DNA of 64,000 bases from an uncultured Pseudomonadota bacterium (GCA_963770835.1 CAVYRH010000005.1:160001-224000); one strand, 5' to 3'. Numbered from the stretch's first letter, positions 20,006-30,121 are shown. Made by a program: numbers and translations. Notes: generated by a model from the sequence alone, not told the origin.

Positions 20006-21043
20006 ATGAAAAAGTTTTTGCTCTTTCCAATGGCGGTTTTGCTTTTGCTGGCGAACAGCCACCAGGTAATCGCCGCAGGCCCCACGAACGTGAAGGATCC
20101 TATCACGGTTTCCACCGAATGGACGCGGGACAACAGCCCCTACGTCATTCAAAACGACATTGTTGTTTCCAAGGGCGCCGTCCTCACCATTGACCCTGGT
20201 GTTGAAGTTCAGTTCGTTGTTTCGGCGGGCACGAAGGTCGGTACAGGGCCCAATTTGGTTATTGAAGGTGGTTTAAAAGCGTTAGGGAACGCAACTGCCG
20301 CGATTTCATTCAACCCCGCGGCAACGGGTTCATTATGGGGCGCCCTTTATTTCTACAACGGGGATTCCACGAACTGTATTCTCCAAGGTTGCCTGATTAA
20401 GGGGGGGCGTATCGTCTGCAACGGGGCCTCACCCACGATCACCCAATGCGCCATTTACGGCGCGAAGACGGGCGTTGAAATTTACGCAAATTCTCAGCCC
20501 CAAATCGTCAATAACAAAATCACGGCCAACGGCTACGGCATTTCCTTGATGGCGGACACGGCCAGCCCCGTCATTACTAACAACGAAATCTACAACAACA
20601 ATTTAGGTTTTGTTTTAAAAGATTTTGGAACGCCTACTATCTCAGGGAACAAGATTTACAATAATTTAAAATACAATATGGTCAATTACTCGGCAAAATC
20701 TTTGAATACTCCCAATAACGATTTCCGTATGGTGGACACTCAACAGATTATCCGGACCATCTACGACGGGGCCTATAATGCCAGTTTGGGGCGCATTAAT
20801 TTTATGCCCTACGTTGGGATGCCTGCGGGCCAGGGGCAACCAATCGTGGCGAGCGCCTCCAACACATCCGCGAGCCAAGAAAAACCGAAAATTCAAGAAG
20901 AGGATTATTGGAGTTACGGCCGTCCCTTTGACGCGATGAAAATCAGTAATGTCGATGACCAAAAGAAAAAGCCCTCCAATACGGTCAAAGTGTTAGCGGT
21001 CGGGGCAACAGCCGTGGTGACGGTTGTACTTCTTTTTCTTTGA
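20006..21043 (+). CDS. Secreted right-handed parallel beta-helix (NosD/pectin-lyase-like) protein with hydrophobic C-terminus
   Basis: Signal peptide MKKFLLFPMAVLLLLA, WTRDNSPYVI, LTIDPGVEV, repeated P-x-I-x-x-N-x-I-x-x-N coils, C-terminal VLAVGATAVVTVVLLFL. Confidence 0.78.
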   Translation: MKKFLLFPMAVLLLLANSHQVIAAGPTNVKDPITVSTEWTRDNSPYVIQNDIVVSKGAVLTIDPGVEVQFVVSAGTKVGTGPNLVIEGGLKALGNATAAISFNPAATGSLWGALYFYNGDSTNCILQGCLIKGGRIVCNGASPTITQCAIYGAKTGVEIYANSQPQIVNNKITANGYGISLMADTASPVITNNEIYNNNLGFVLKDFGTPTISGNKIYNNLKYNMVNYSAKSLNTPNNDFRMVDTQQIIRTIYDGAYNASLGRINFMPYVGMPAGQGQPIVASASNTSASQEKPKIQEEDYWSYGRPFDAMKISNVDDQKKKPSNTVKVLAVGATAVVTVVLLFL

Positions 21044-21141
21044 AGCGGCTGCATCCTCTCAAAAAACCGGATTTTGTTTTAATTTCGATGGCGTTTTCCC
21101 CGTCATAAGCCACGCCGGACCCATCCTTACTGGTGCCTGCC

Positions 21142-21501
21142 ATGAAGCTAGAGAAACGAAAAGCCAGCCGTGTTATCCTGTCGGTACCGGTTCAGTACAA
21201 GGTATTCCAGATCGACCAACTTGAAGAGAATATCCAAGACGAGGTCTTAAGATTCAAAGCGAATCTCCAGGATGTCAGTTTAGGCGGGCTTCAAGTTGTT
21301 TCGGCCAATTCCTTCCGGAAAGGAGATATCTTGGAAATAGAAATAAAGATTCCGGCAGGCGGAGGAGTACAGTCGGTCGCCAAGGTCATTTGGTGCAAAA
21401 GGGAGGGTTCCGGACCGGATTATCGGTCGGGAATTCAATTCATCCCGGTATACGAGGAAGATTTAATCAAACTGAGGGATTATTTGAAAGGCGGCGGTTG
21501 A
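21142..21501 (+). CDS. Stand-alone PilZ domain protein
   Basis: RKASR (RxxxR), DVSLGG (DxSxxG), AKVIW and GIQF. Confidence 0.88.
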   Translation: MKLEKRKASRVILSVPVQYKVFQIDQLEENIQDEVLRFKANLQDVSLGGLQVVSANSFRKGDILEIEIKIPAGGGVQSVAKVIWCKREGSGPDYRSGIQFIPVYEEDLIKLRDYLKGGG

Positions 21502-21504
21502 TTC

Positions 21505-21885
21505 ATGGCGGTCCCATCCCCCTTCGACAAAAGAATTTCCCCCCGCTTCCCAGTTCGTATCCACATCCGTTTCCGGCTTTTAAGCTCACCTGATGGGGAA
21601 GCGCCCGAACCCGAACTTCATAACGGCAACAACCTGATGTCGAACATCAGCCGAACAGGATTCTTTCTCTCGACGAAAAACTACCTCGAAGTCTCCTCAC
21701 AGATCGAAGTGGAGTTTCCGCTGGAGGAATTCAAACAGGTGCTACGGGCGGAAGCGGAGGTTGTCCGCGCCAATCACGCGAATTTTCCAAATCAGGGGCG
21801 TTATGAATATGGCCTGCACTTTCTTTCCATGCATCCCCATTTCCGGGAGACCTTGGATAAATTCCTGAGGGTTGCGGGGGGCTGA
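21505..21885 (+). CDS. Stand-alone PilZ domain protein
   Basis: RISPR (RxxxR), NISRTG (NxSxxG), AEVVR and YGLHF. Confidence 0.87.
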   Translation: MAVPSPFDKRISPRFPVRIHIRFRLLSSPDGEAPEPELHNGNNLMSNISRTGFFLSTKNYLEVSSQIEVEFPLEEFKQVLRAEAEVVRANHANFPNQGRYEYGLHFLSMHPHFRETLDKFLRVAGG

Positions 21886-21929
21886 GGGGTAATAAAGTCC
21901 CCGATTTCCATGTGCTTCTGAAACCTTTC

Positions 21930-21958
21930 TTGTCCTCCCGACTCAATTCGTGTAATAT
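21930..21958 (+). promoter_or_regulatory. Putative sigma70 promoter for the skp-lpx operon
   Basis: TTGTCC-N17-TAATAT. Confidence 0.5.
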
Positions 21959-22073
21959 TTCCGCTCTATTCCTCCGGCCCCGGGATCTGCGTACCTTTTC
22001 CCAAAACGAAAGGGAACGGGTTGATTGAAAAGACGCGCGACGGAACGCCGGATAAAACTACTAAGGAGTTCTT

Positions 22074-22592
22074 ATGCGTTGGATTGCATTGTTGTGCTGC
22101 TTTTTGACAGCTTCCATGGTTTCGGCCAAGGATTTAAAGATCGCCGTTGTGGATATGCAGAAACTTTTTAACAGTTATCCGGGAACCCAGAAGGCCAAGG
22201 ATAAGCTCGCGGACATGGAAAAAAAGAAAAGAGATGATTTGTCCGACCAAGCCCAGGAGCTGAAAGACTTGGAAAAGGACCTGAGCGATTCCAGCTCGGT
22301 TCTCTCAGAAACACAACGGGCCCGTAAGACGAAAGAATATAAAAGCAAATTGGCTGCTTTCAGCCAGGACCAGGATGAAGCTCAAAAGGAAGTAATGGCG
22401 AAGGAAAGCGAAATGAGCCAAACCATCAAAGGTGAAATCAAGGACATCGTGGCTGCCGTGGCCAAGGACAAGGGAATCGACCTGGTCTTGGACCAGGATC
22501 AAACCGTTTACGCCATGGACGCCGCCGATTTAACCGAGAATGTCCTCAATAAGTTTAAAGATATGGACAAGGCCGATTCTTCTTCAAAATAG
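22074..22592 (+). CDS. skp: OmpH/Skp periplasmic chaperone
   Basis: Signal peptide, KIAVVDMQKL, coiled coil, IDLVLD and DLTENVL. Upstream of lpxD. Confidence 0.9.
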   Translation: MRWIALLCCFLTASMVSAKDLKIAVVDMQKLFNSYPGTQKAKDKLADMEKKKRDDLSDQAQELKDLEKDLSDSSSVLSETQRARKTKEYKSKLAAFSQDQDEAQKEVMAKESEMSQTIKGEIKDIVAAVAKDKGIDLVLDQDQTVYAMDAADLTENVLNKFKDMDKADSSSK

Positions 22593-22607
22593 GCAAGCAT
22601 TAATAAG

Positions 22608-23669
22608 ATGGTGAGCATGGGGATTTCTTTTTCTCTGGAAAGCCTTGCCCGTGAGATTGGCGCAACCGCGCTCGGTGACAAATCCCTCGTGATTACGGGG
22701 GTGGCGTCTTTGGATTCAGCGAAGGAAGGGGATTTGACCTTTCTCACGAATCCCCGTTATGCGAAAACGGCTGCGGGCACAAAGGCATCCGTGATTTTGT
22801 GTGAAAAGGTTTTGCCCCAGGTTCCAAAAGCCTTTTTACTTGCCCCGAACCCTTATGCGGCGCTCGCCAAGGTCATCTCTCTTTTTTTCCCTCCGAAGAT
22901 CCAAGCCTCCGGCATTCGAAAAGGAGCTTGGGTCGACCCCCAGGCCTCTGTTGATCCTCAAGCTTGCGTGGCGGATGGCGCTACGGTGGCGGCGGGTGCC
23001 CGTGTGGGAGCCCGTAGCATGCTTTATCCCGGAACCTATATCGGGGAAGGCGCCGTGGTTGGGGAAGACTGCCTCCTTTACCCCAATGTGACTATCCGGG
23101 AAAATTGTGTATTGGGAAACCGGGTTATTTTGCAACCGGGGGTGGTTGTGGGCTCGGACGGTTTTGGCTTTGCCCCCGAGGGCGAGGGCTATCGCAAAAT
23201 CCCCCAAGTAGGAAACGTCGTGATCGAGGACGATGTGGAACTGGGAGCCAACACCTGCGTGGATCGTGCCGTCCTTGGGACGACGCGGATTGGAAAGGGC
23301 ACAAAGTTGGACAACCTGATTCAAATCGGACACAACGTCGAGATCGGTCAACACACGGTTATGGCGGCTTTGACCGGCATTTCCGGTTCGACCAAAGTCG
23401 GTAACCATGTCGTGATGGGGGGGCAAGTGGGGCTGGCGGGCCACTTGAAGATCGGCGATGGAGTGACACTGGCCACCCGGACCGGCGTCATGGAAGACAT
23501 TACGGAAAAAGGCGTTTATTGGGGCTCGCCTTCGATTGACATGGCCATGGAAATGAAAAACGTCGCCGCTTACCGCCAATTACCGGAGCTGATAAGACGG
23601 ATCAGGGGCCTTGAAAAAGCCCTGGAAGGGCTTCGAAAGGGTGGGGAAGCAGGTCGAGATGGTAAATAA
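22608..23669 (+). CDS. lpxD: UDP-3-O-acylglucosamine N-acyltransferase
   Basis: Hexapeptide repeats, GSDGFGF, KIPQVG and [11 protein letters not shown]. Confidence 0.95.
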   Translation: MVSMGISFSLESLAREIGATALGDKSLVITGVASLDSAKEGDLTFLTNPRYAKTAAGTKASVILCEKVLPQVPKAFLLAPNPYAALAKVISLFFPPKIQASGIRKGAWVDPQASVDPQACVADGATVAAGARVGARSMLYPGTYIGEGAVVGEDCLLYPNVTIRENCVLGNRVILQPGVVVGSDGFGFAPEGEGYRKIPQVGNVVIEDDVELGANTCVDRAVLGTTRIGKGTKLDNLIQIGHNVEIGQHTVMAALTGISGSTKVGNHVVMGGQVGLAGHLKIGDGVTLATRTGVMEDITEKGVYWGSPSIDMAMEMKNVAAYRQLPELIRRIRGLEKALEGLRKGGEAGRDGK

Positions 23670-24993
23670 ACCTGCCCTGCCCCGCCAAAAAACCATTTCC
23701 CATTCTTTTACCTTCGATGGCGTCGGATTACATACGGGAAAAAAGTGCCGGGTAAAAGTTTCGCCCCTTCCGGAAGGATCGGGCCTTCGGTTCTTCAGGT
23801 CCGATTTAAACGCTGAAATCCCCGTTACCCCCGAAGCGGTTTCCAGCACCAAGCGGGGTACTGCCTTGAGCGGAGAGAAGAACGCCGTCATCCATACGGT
23901 TGAGCATTTTTTGGCCGCTGTTCAAGGGTTGGGAATCACTAACCTCAAGGTTGAGATGGACTCGGAAGAAATGCCGATCATGGACGGCAGTGCGGCCCCG
24001 TTTTGTGAACTGCTGAAAGGAGCGGGGATTACTCCACAGCAAGAAACGGTTGAACCCTTACGGATTACGGCTCCGATTGAACTGAATTTTGGGGCTACGG
24101 TCTTAAAAGCCGAGCCTGCCGAGGGTCTTCAATTAGATGTCACCATATCTTTTCCTTATCCCGGTCTGGAAAACCAGAAAAAGACCTTTAATTTGCAAGA
24201 CCAGAATTTTGAAATCGAGCTGGCCTCGGCCCGAACTTTTTGCTTTGAAGAGGAGGTTGAGCAGTTACGCCGACAGGGATTGATCAAGGGGGGGAACCTG
24301 GATTGCGCGATCGTCTTGGGGAAGACTGGGATTTTAAACGGCCCCTTTCGTTATGAAGATGAAATTGTCCGCCACAAAACACTGGATTTGTTGGGAGATC
24401 TGACGCTTTTAAACCGTCCCCTATGGGCGAAGGTCACGGTGAAAATGGCCGGCCACCGTTACCACGTGGAATTAGCCAAGGCCATCCTGAAACAAGCCGG
24501 GAACGGTACCCGGACGATAAAACCTGAATTAAGAGAGAGGGCTATGCTCGACATCACGGAAATCCAAAAAATCTTGCCACACCGGTATCCTTTTTTACTT
24601 GCGGACCGAATCCTGGAATTGGAACCCAACAAACGGGTGGTGGGAATCAAAAACGTGACGGCGAACGAACCCTTTTTCCAAGGGCATTTTCCGGGAAACC
24701 CCATCATGCCGGGTGTCTTGGTTTTGGAAGCAATGGCCCAAATCGGCGGCGTAGCTTTTTTGTGCAATCCGGCGAACGCGGGGAAGATGCTCTATTTAGC
24801 CGGGGTGGACAACGCCCGGTTCCGCAAGCCGATTGTGCCGGGCGACCAGATCCGCTTTGAAACCGAGGTGGTATTTGTGCGCACTAAAATCGGCAAGATC
24901 GCTGGAAAAGCTTTCGTGGACGGCAAACTGGCCGTGGAAGCCGAGCTCATTTGCGGGATTGTGGAGATAGGTTCCAAGAACGAGGAAATGTAA
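23659..24993 (+). CDS. lpxC/fabZ: Bifunctional LpxC-FabZ fusion
   Basis: LpxC motifs GVGLHTG, TVEH, MDGSA, ARTF and [10 protein letters not shown] continue in frame into FabZ motifs LPHRYPFL and [23 protein letters not shown]. Confidence 0.93.
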   Translation: MVNKPALPRQKTISHSFTFDGVGLHTGKKCRVKVSPLPEGSGLRFFRSDLNAEIPVTPEAVSSTKRGTALSGEKNAVIHTVEHFLAAVQGLGITNLKVEMDSEEMPIMDGSAAPFCELLKGAGITPQQETVEPLRITAPIELNFGATVLKAEPAEGLQLDVTISFPYPGLENQKKTFNLQDQNFEIELASARTFCFEEEVEQLRRQGLIKGGNLDCAIVLGKTGILNGPFRYEDEIVRHKTLDLLGDLTLLNRPLWAKVTVKMAGHRYHVELAKAILKQAGNGTRTIKPELRERAMLDITEIQKILPHRYPFLLADRILELEPNKRVVGIKNVTANEPFFQGHFPGNPIMPGVLVLEAMAQIGGVAFLCNPANAGKMLYLAGVDNARFRKPIVPGDQIRFETEVVFVRTKIGKIAGKAFVDGKLAVEAELICGIVEIGSKNEEM

Positions 24994-24995
24994 AA

Positions 24996-25781
24996 ATGCC
25001 CGTGTCTTCCCTCAAAATCCATCCGACGGCGATCGTCGATTCCAAGGCCCGGCTTGCAGAAAGCGTAACAGTCGGTCCCTATTCCATCATTGACGGGGAG
25101 GTTACCATCGGGGAAGACACGGTGATCGGCGCACATTGCGTCATCACGGGACATACGGTGCTCGGCAAGAAAAACCGAATTTTCACCGGGGCGGTTGTTG
25201 GGAGCGAACCCCAGGATGTCAAATATCACGGGGAGGAAACCTACCTCGAAATTGGTGACGAAAACGTCATCCGGGAATACGCCACCATCAATCCTGGCAC
25301 GGGTGAGGGAAGCCGGACCGTCATTGGCAACGACAACTGGATCATGATCCAAGCCCATGTGGGGCATAACTGTGTTATTCACAACCATGTCAAATTAGCC
25401 AATGGCGTGATGCTGGGGGGGCACGCGGTGATCGAGGATCATGCCACCGTGGGCGGGGGTACGCCTGTCCATCAATATGTCCGGATCGGAAAATACGCCA
25501 TGATCGGCGGTGGGTTCCGGGTGGTCCAGGATGTGGTGCCTTTCATGATGGCCGGGGACGAACCCCTCCGAATTTACGGGATAAACCAAGTTGGTTTAGA
25601 GCGGAACCAGGTTTCAAAAGAAACCATTGAGACATTAAAAAAAGCTCATCGGGTTATATTCCGCAACAACCTAATCCTAAAAGAAGCCATTCAAGTCCTT
25701 TCGTCGGATTTTCCTCCCATTGAGGAAATTAAAAGCCTGATCGAATTCCTTAATACCTCCACTCGTGGGATCGTTCGTTAA
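24996..25781 (+). CDS. lpxA: UDP-N-acetylglucosamine O-acyltransferase
   Basis: IHPTAIV, PQDVKY, IREYATINPGT, HVGHNC and HQYVRIG. Confidence 0.95.
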   Translation: MPVSSLKIHPTAIVDSKARLAESVTVGPYSIIDGEVTIGEDTVIGAHCVITGHTVLGKKNRIFTGAVVGSEPQDVKYHGEETYLEIGDENVIREYATINPGTGEGSRTVIGNDNWIMIQAHVGHNCVIHNHVKLANGVMLGGHAVIEDHATVGGGTPVHQYVRIGKYAMIGGGFRVVQDVVPFMMAGDEPLRIYGINQVGLERNQVSKETIETLKKAHRVIFRNNLILKEAIQVLSSDFPPIEEIKSLIEFLNTSTRGIVR

Positions 25782-25783
25782 CA

Positions 25784-26593
25784 ATGCCTTCTTCGCCCAT
25801 CATCGGATTAATCGCGGGTGGCGGGGAATTACCCCTCCTTTTCGCCCGTGAGGCAAAACGCCGGGGTTTTTTAGTCCAAACGGCGGCTGTCCGGGGTTCG
25901 GCCCAAGCTTCCATTGAGAAACTGAGCGATAATGTCATCTGGATTTCCATCGGCCAGCTGGGTGCCCTCATCGGTTTTTTCAAAAAACGGGGTGTTAAAC
26001 GCGCGGTCATGCATGGAAAAGTCCAACATTCCCAATTGTTCAGGAATTTCCGGTTGGATTGGAAAGCCCTCCAGGTGTGGAGCCGTCTCAAGGACCGGTC
26101 GGGAGAAGCGCTCTTGAAAGCCGTGGCTAAAGAACTCCAGGACTCCGGAACCACCCTTTTAGATGGCCGGACTTTCATGGAGAAAACCCTTATCCCCAAA
26201 GGGTACCTGACCGGCGTCCGGGTTAAGGGGGCGGTCCAAGAAACCATTATTTATGGGCTGAAACAAGCCCGCCGATTGGCCCAAGCAGGTATCGGCCAAA
26301 CTATCGCCGTTAAAGGGAACGCAGTAGCCTCCGTGGAGGCCATGGAAGGAAGTGACGAGGCCATCCGGCGCGCCGGACGCTGGGCGGGTCCCGGTGTCAT
26401 TGTCATTAAAGCCGCGAGTCCCCGGCAGGATTGGCGATTTGACATTCCCACTTTGGGTCCTCGGACCCTTCAAAGTCTTATTCAAGCCAAGGCCAAGGGT
26501 ATCGTCGTTGAGGGAGGCCGTGCCTTTCTTTTAAACCGCCCTAAAACGGTCGCCTTGGCGGGGAAATACGGGATCTTCATTCTTGCCGTTTAG
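25784..26593 (+). CDS. lpxI: UDP-2,3-diacylglucosamine pyrophosphatase LpxI
   Basis: IGLIAGGGELP, IGQT, VEAMEGSD and QDWRFDIPTLG. Directly after lpxA. Confidence 0.9.
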   Translation: MPSSPIIGLIAGGGELPLLFAREAKRRGFLVQTAAVRGSAQASIEKLSDNVIWISIGQLGALIGFFKKRGVKRAVMHGKVQHSQLFRNFRLDWKALQVWSRLKDRSGEALLKAVAKELQDSGTTLLDGRTFMEKTLIPKGYLTGVRVKGAVQETIIYGLKQARRLAQAGIGQTIAVKGNAVASVEAMEGSDEAIRRAGRWAGPGVIVIKAASPRQDWRFDIPTLGPRTLQSLIQAKAKGIVVEGGRAFLLNRPKTVALAGKYGIFILAV

Positions 26594-26624
26594 AACGTGA
26601 ATTATTGTTGAAAGGTCATGAGGC

Positions 26625-27863
26625 ATGAGTGGTCCCTCCCAAACAACCGGCTGGAGGAGCTGGACGGTTTTTCTTTCCGTAGCCCTTTTGTTAGGTATTA
26701 TCCTTCGTCTTTCATTTCCAGGTGACATTGAATACAAGGGCGACGAAAAATATATGTTCGACGTCACCCAATCAATTGGTGTGACGGAGCCTTGGCCGGT
26801 TTTAGGAATGGTTTCAGGCGGCCAGGTGAAAAACCCGGGTATGAGCGTGTGGATTCTTGGTGGCCTCTCCAAAATCAGCCATGCCTCCACCCCTCCGGAA
26901 CTGGCCCGGGCCGTCCAATGGCTTAACATCCTCGGCCTGTTGGTGCTGGCTTTTTTCAGTCTTTGTGTTCTGCCGGAGCAGGAACGACAGCCCTGGTGCT
27001 GGGCAACGGCGTTCGCGGCAGTCAGTCCTGTCGCCGTTCTTTTCCAGCGGAAGATATGGTCCCAATCCACGCTGCCCTTGTTTTGCGCGCTCTTTTGGAT
27101 GGCGTGGCATTACCGGCAAAAGCGGATCGGAGCGTTCTTTTGGGGGTTTTTGGGGGCTTGCCTGGGCCAGATTCACCTTTCCGGATTTTATTTAACCGCA
27201 GGCGCTTTTCTTTGGACGGTGTTTCGGGACCGCCGGGCCCGATGGGACTTCTGGTTCTTAGGTTCTTTAATCGGAGCTGCCCCCCTTATTCCATGGGTGC
27301 AGTATGTTTTTTCCAACGCCGGAACGGGGCTGACCTTGATGAATTTATTTTGGGTTATTTATCCAAAATATTGGATCTTTTGGGTGACCGATTCTTTGGG
27401 AATGGGACTGACCCACAGCATGAAAGCATCGTATTTTTTGGATTTTTTGCGCTATCCCTTGATTGCCGAAAGAGGCACCTACCTCGTTGGGATTTTGCAT
27501 GTTTGTATTATTGTGTGTGCAATCCTTATTTTTGTTTCAGCGTATAAAAAACGAGGCTTCCTGCGGGGAATTTCCGATTCATCCGAAACCGGATTGATCC
27601 TGAATTCGGCTCTGGTGATTTCGGGAATTTTGATGACCCTCTCTTGTTTCAAAATCAACCAGCATTACCTGATTATGAGTTTCCCTTTGGAATGGGTTTG
27701 GTTGGCCCGGCTGGGTCTTAGTGATCCCCGAGGTTCAAGGTGGTTGATGGCGATCTGGACGGCACAACTTTTGATTTCGATTTTGTTTTTAACCTACATT
27801 CATGTCAACCATGGCGTTCCGATGGGCGATTACGGAACCGCCTACCAATTCCAAACACCCTAA
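26625..27863 (+). CDS. Polytopic membrane protein, probable GT-C (ArnT/PMT-like) glycosyltransferase
   Basis: First transmembrane helix ends in LRL, followed by an acidic loop (DIEYKGDE). Many transmembrane segments; SP..VLFQRKIW and QIHLSG. Confidence 0.55.
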   Translation: MSGPSQTTGWRSWTVFLSVALLLGIILRLSFPGDIEYKGDEKYMFDVTQSIGVTEPWPVLGMVSGGQVKNPGMSVWILGGLSKISHASTPPELARAVQWLNILGLLVLAFFSLCVLPEQERQPWCWATAFAAVSPVAVLFQRKIWSQSTLPLFCALFWMAWHYRQKRIGAFFWGFLGACLGQIHLSGFYLTAGAFLWTVFRDRRARWDFWFLGSLIGAAPLIPWVQYVFSNAGTGLTLMNLFWVIYPKYWIFWVTDSLGMGLTHSMKASYFLDFLRYPLIAERGTYLVGILHVCIIVCAILIFVSAYKKRGFLRGISDSSETGLILNSALVISGILMTLSCFKINQHYLIMSFPLEWVWLARLGLSDPRGSRWLMAIWTAQLLISILFLTYIHVNHGVPMGDYGTAYQFQTP

Positions 27864-27878
27864 CGACCGATGGCGTTT

Positions 27879-28967
27879 TTAGTGGTTTTTCCATACCAAT
27901 AGGATTGGTCCGACAACTGCGAATATGACATTCGCGATCCAGACGGATAAAAAGGGAGACACAACGCCGGATTCGCCCAGGTGCTGGCCGATCTGCATTC
28001 CCCCGATATAAGCGAAGGCTACCAGCGCGCAAATGCCGACGCTGGCGATAACACCCGTGTATTTACGCATGCTCCATCCCCAGGGCACCCCCAGAATGAC
28101 CATGATGATACAGCCGAAGGGTGAGGCGAACTTCAGGTAGAGGGTCACCAGTTCCTTGTGATAGTCCGACCCGTTGCGCTTGAGTTGTCGAATGTAGGTG
28201 GCCAGTTCCACCATGTTCAATTCGCCTGGTTCCTTTTGGGCTTTCAAGAAATCCGCGGGTTTCTCCGGGATTGGAAGGGGAAGGCGGTCGAAGGGCTGGT
28301 CCGAAATTTCAGCTCCCGTGTCGTCAAACGCCCTCCGGTAGCCTTCGAAAAAGACCCATTGGCCGTCCTCGTATTTCGCGCTTTGGGCGTCCAGGCGGGC
28401 TTTTAAACGGGTTTCCGAGTCGAACTCCAACATCAAGATATCCGACATAACATTGTTCGCCCCATCGAAGGAACTGATGTGGTAGATCTGCCCCTCGGCC
28501 CCGACCATGGAAATATTCTGGCGTTGGAGATTGGCTGACTCCTCCGTGTGTTTTGAGATTTCCACCCAAACGGTGTGGTGCTTTTGGGCCTCGGCCTTGG
28601 GAACGACGAGTTCGCTGAAGAGAAGGCTTATGGTGCAGATGAGTGCGCCGATGAAAAACAGGGGAACAGCCACCCTGTAAATATCGACGCCTCCGGAGCG
28701 CATGGCGATGAGTTCGTTCCCCTTGGAAAGCCCGCCGAGGGAAAAAAGGACCCCGAATAGGCAGGCGATAGGAATGATTTGAACCATAAAACCTGGGACG
28801 TAAAAAGAAAAATATTTAAGGGTTACCCAGATACTGGGTTTGAATTCCATCAAAAGGTGCATGTCGTTAAAAATTTGAACGATGAGGACAATAACGCTGA
28901 ATCCGGCCAAAGACAATGAAAAGGGTTTTAGAAACTCGCCCAAAATATATCTTGTGAGGACTTTCAC
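27879..28967 (-). CDS. lptG: LPS export ABC permease LptG-like
   Basis: VLTRYILGEF, NELIAMRSGGV, periplasmic domain, KFASPF and WIANVIF. Confidence 0.87.
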   Translation of the reverse strand: MKVLTRYILGEFLKPFSLSLAGFSVIVLIVQIFNDMHLLMEFKPSIWVTLKYFSFYVPGFMVQIIPIACLFGVLFSLGGLSKGNELIAMRSGGVDIYRVAVPLFFIGALICTISLLFSELVVPKAEAQKHHTVWVEISKHTEESANLQRQNISMVGAEGQIYHISSFDGANNVMSDILMLEFDSETRLKARLDAQSAKYEDGQWVFFEGYRRAFDDTGAEISDQPFDRLPLPIPEKPADFLKAQKEPGELNMVELATYIRQLKRNGSDYHKELVTLYLKFASPFGCIIMVILGVPWGWSMRKYTGVIASVGICALVAFAYIGGMQIGQHLGESGVVSPFLSVWIANVIFAVVGPILLVWKNH

Positions 28968-30121
28968 CGGATTCTTCCCCTTGTTCCTGCCCGGTGTCCC
29001 GGTGAAGGAAGATGCCTAAAAGCGGAGTGTTCCGCGACTACGAGGTAATAAACCGCGCATCCTGCGACTGCCAGGATTAAATTCGCCCCCCAAAGTCCAA
29101 TCACGGGGCTAAGGATACCCTGGTTGCTCAACAATTGTCCAAGCGTGAACATGAGGTAATAAATGAAAATAAGGGCCAGTCCCAGGACGAATCCCATGAA
29201 GCCCTTGGATTTTGTCCAGAGTCCCAAGGGAGCACAGAACCAGGCCAATACGAGGCAGGCAAAGGGCAAGGCCAACCTTTTCTGGAATTCGGTCTTTAAG
29301 TGATTGAGCCTCCCTGGGTCTTTTTCGAGGGGAATGGCGCGCCCCAGCTCGCCCAAGTCCATTTCTTCAAAATCCTTTTTGACGTCGTTCAGGTGGGCCA
29401 GCTGGTTCTCAAAGTTTAGCCGGATAATATAACGGTCGAAGTAAAGCTGATTGTAAGTGTGATAATTGCTGTTGTCCCAGCTCATGACGCCGTTGTTGAG
29501 ATGGAAAAAAACTTGGTAAGACTTCGGGTCGTTTACCAGAGCGCCCGTTTTGGCCACAGTCGTCTGTAGGGGAGCCTTGGGCGACCAATAATTGAAGGAT
29601 TTGATGTTCGAAAAAGAGCCGTCAGGCTCCTGGCGGTCGATCAAGAATCGGTAGTTTTCAAATTGGTCGATCCACACTTTTTCCCGGATTGCCAAATTGG
29701 CCTGTTTTTGAAGGATTTTAAATTGGGTTTCTTTGCAGATTAAGTTAGAGGCAGGCAGTACTTTGTCATTGAAGTAAATCATCGTACCGGTAAGCGCCGA
29801 ACCCATCACCAGTACAGGTGCTATTAGATGAAACAAATGGACTCCACTGCTTTTGAAGGCCGTGATCTCCATGTCAGAACTCAATCGCCCAAAGGCTAGG
29901 AGCGTTCCTACCATCATTGACATGGGAATGGTCATTGAAAGGATGAGCGGAACGAAACTGAGGTACAACACCGTTGTATCTAGGAAAGGAACTTTTTTAT
30001 TAAGTACCATATCTAAGAACAAAAAAATTTTATTTGTCATTAAAAGGGTGGTAAGTAAGGCGACGCACAACAGGAATGAGGGAGTCATTTCGCTAAGGAC
30101 GTAACGATAAACGGTTTTCAA
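28964..30121 (-). CDS. lptF: LPS export ABC permease LptF-like
   Basis: RYVLSE, GRLSSDMEITAFKSSG and EFQKRLALPFACL. TTG at 30121 follows AAGGA; the ORF track extends to 30187. Confidence 0.87.
   Translation of the reverse strand: MKTVYRYVLSEMTPSFLLCVALLTTLLMTNKIFLFLDMVLNKKVPFLDTTVLYLSFVPLILSMTIPMSMMVGTLLAFGRLSSDMEITAFKSSGVHLFHLIAPVLVMGSALTGTMIYFNDKVLPASNLICKETQFKILQKQANLAIREKVWIDQFENYRFLIDRQEPDGSFSNIKSFNYWSPKAPLQTTVAKTGALVNDPKSYQVFFHLNNGVMSWDNSNYHTYNQLYFDRYIIRLNFENQLAHLNDVKKDFEEMDLGELGRAIPLEKDPGRLNHLKTEFQKRLALPFACLVLAWFCAPLGLWTKSKGFMGFVLGLALIFIYYLMFTLGQLLSNQGILSPVIGLWGANLILAVAGCAVYYLVVAEHSAFRHLPSPGHRAGTRGRIR

Noticed and set aside
21490..21885. Both PilZ proteins end in Gly-Gly (KGGG*, VAGG*), about 4 kb from a JAMM peptidase, suggesting ubiquitin-like carriers
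   Set aside because: Both have full PilZ motifs (beta-barrel, not beta-grasp) and there is no E1-like gene in the window; most likely coincidence.
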